This document shows, one piece after another, positions 25,902 to 26,966 of a stretch of DNA of 26,966 nt. The translations under genes and the position numbers were made by a program. The first letter of the stretch is position 1, and each line of letters begins with the position of its first letter. This DNA is from a virus (lineage: Duplodnaviria > Caudoviricetes): positions 1 to 26,966 of the IMG/VR virus record IMGVR_UViG_3300017903_003336; one strand, given 5' to 3'. Below the pieces are notes generated by a model that was not told the origin of the DNA, did not search any database, and saw only the letters and a program-made list of their open reading frames with translations.

Positions 25902-26897
25902 TTATTTTGCTTGTCTTGATCTTATTAACTTCAAAATATCTTCTGCTCTTTTGGCACTGTCCGTTGTTGGTTGTGCCGCGGGTGCAGGTTGTTCTGCTGG
26001 TGCTTCTGGTTGTGGTGCTGGAGCAGTTTCTTTTACCTCAGCATTTACCGGATCAGCAGTTCTCTCAACTGCAACGGGTCTGTCAGCAGTTGGCACACTC
26101 ACTTGACTGACTTGCACTCCTGCAGGTCTGAAATACTGTCCGTATTTCTCAAGATCATATGCTTCACCATCCACAGATTTTTCAAATAACTCTTTGATTA
26201 TTTTTACTTCTGCGTCGGTTGGTTCTTTTGGTCTGAAGTCAGACAAGTTGTGTAAGCCGTGCGTGTCGATCGCACTTCTTTCTGCTTCGTCTAATGCTCT
26301 TTCCCTTCTTGACCATTTTGAAGTTGAGTAGTCAGCATAACCACCCTTTGTTGTCTTGTTTATTCTAAAGTCAACACCTCTCACACTGTCAGTTGGCAGT
26401 TCTTCCATTTCTGGATCAAGCAATGCCGCTCTGATTATGTTGAAAATTTGTGGACCAATTATGAATCTTCTAATTGGATTCTCTGGTGTTGTGTCCTCTG
26501 CTAAAGGATTCTGAACTACGAAACCTTGGAAAATATAACTTTTCTTCTTCCAATATTTTCTGCCCATGTCTTCCATGCTCTTGTCTTTGAACCATGGTCT
26601 TACTTCTGTAAGAATTGGACATGTCTTACCGTACATCTCCATACAAGGAACCTGCACAGTTACCGGTCTCGAATCTGTTTGACCTTTGATACCTGCGAAT
26701 GGTAACTTGATCATGTTTCTTTCAGTCCAGAAAAATGTGTTATTCGTGTCCTTATCTGGTAAAAATCTAACGACTGCTTCGTCGCCTTCTTTTATATTCC
26801 AGTGTGGATAAATGGCGTTGTCACCGCCAGTTGATGAACCCGAGCGACTAGGTTCTTGAGATTTTAGTTTCGCTCTTATTTCAGCCAATGTAGCCAT
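25902..26897 (-). CDS. 32: Single-stranded DNA-binding protein, T4 gp32-like
   Basis: VVRFLPD, CMEMYGKTCPI, RKYWKKKSY, GPQIFNII, GVDFRINK...YADYSTSKW; strong AGGAGG SD; upstream of uvsX. Confidence 0.88.
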   Translation of the reverse strand: MATLAEIRAKLKSQEPSRSGSSTGGDNAIYPHWNIKEGDEAVVRFLPDKDTNNTFFWTERNMIKLPFAGIKGQTDSRPVTVQVPCMEMYGKTCPILTEVRPWFKDKSMEDMGRKYWKKKSYIFQGFVVQNPLAEDTTPENPIRRFIIGPQIFNIIRAALLDPEMEELPTDSVRGVDFRINKTTKGGYADYSTSKWSRRERALDEAERSAIDTHGLHNLSDFRPKEPTDAEVKIIKELFEKSVDGEAYDLEKYGQYFRPAGVQVSQVSVPTADRPVAVERTADPVNAEVKETAPAPQPEAPAEQPAPAAQPTTDSAKRAEDILKLIRSRQAK

Positions 26898-26933
26898 AAT
26901 GTAAGCCTCCTTTTGTGCCTATGTTGTTGCCTA
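26898..26933 (-). promoter_or_regulatory. SSB 5' leader with AGGCA repeats and Shine-Dalgarno
   Basis: Minus strand TAGGCAACAACATAGGCACAAAAGGAGGCTTACATT-ATG. Confidence 0.6.
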
Positions 26934-26966
26934 AATGTATATTAAGCATTATCACTATAATATACA

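Noticed and set aside
25960-26030. Repetitive GGTTGT/GCTG tract as a possible repeat array
   Set aside because: Explained by the Pro/Ala/Gln linker codons of the SSB
1-26966. Stop-codon reassignment, tRNAs, CRISPR arrays, introns or active inteins
   Set aside because: Genes are full length in the standard code and end in TAA, TAG and TGA; intergenic gaps are too short for arrays or tRNAs; helicases and recombinase have normal lengths

Overview
AT-rich, densely coding fragment of a large T4-superfamily-like (probably jumbo) dsDNA phage using the standard genetic code. A mostly minus-strand replication/recombination module (gp32-like SSB, UvsX, UvsY, HAD nucleotidase, UvsW, gp62-like subunit, DnaG/gp61 primase, gp41/DnaB helicase) is split by a ~12.4 kb glycan-building island: four KpsS/KpsC-like GT-B paralogs, GT61, GT2, GT8/CDI-like and another GT-A, a Maf/DUF115-like transferase, a sulfotransferase, FkbM, SGNH, an epimerase and a radical SAM enzyme. 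Main observations: (1) two different stripped-down DnaE (Pol III alpha) genes, a 196-aa mini-polymerase starting exactly at the catalytic PDxDxD motif and a PHP-less DnaE at the left edge missed by the ORF track; (2) a shared AGGCA-repeat leader upstream of that dnaE and the SSB gene, 26.6 kb apart; (3) sigma70-type and TAAATA late-type promoters so close to start codons that many mRNAs would be leaderless; (4) a candidate catalytically dead Hint-fold protein and a HARP-like protein flanking uvsW. All family calls come from motif recognition by eye, not database searches.
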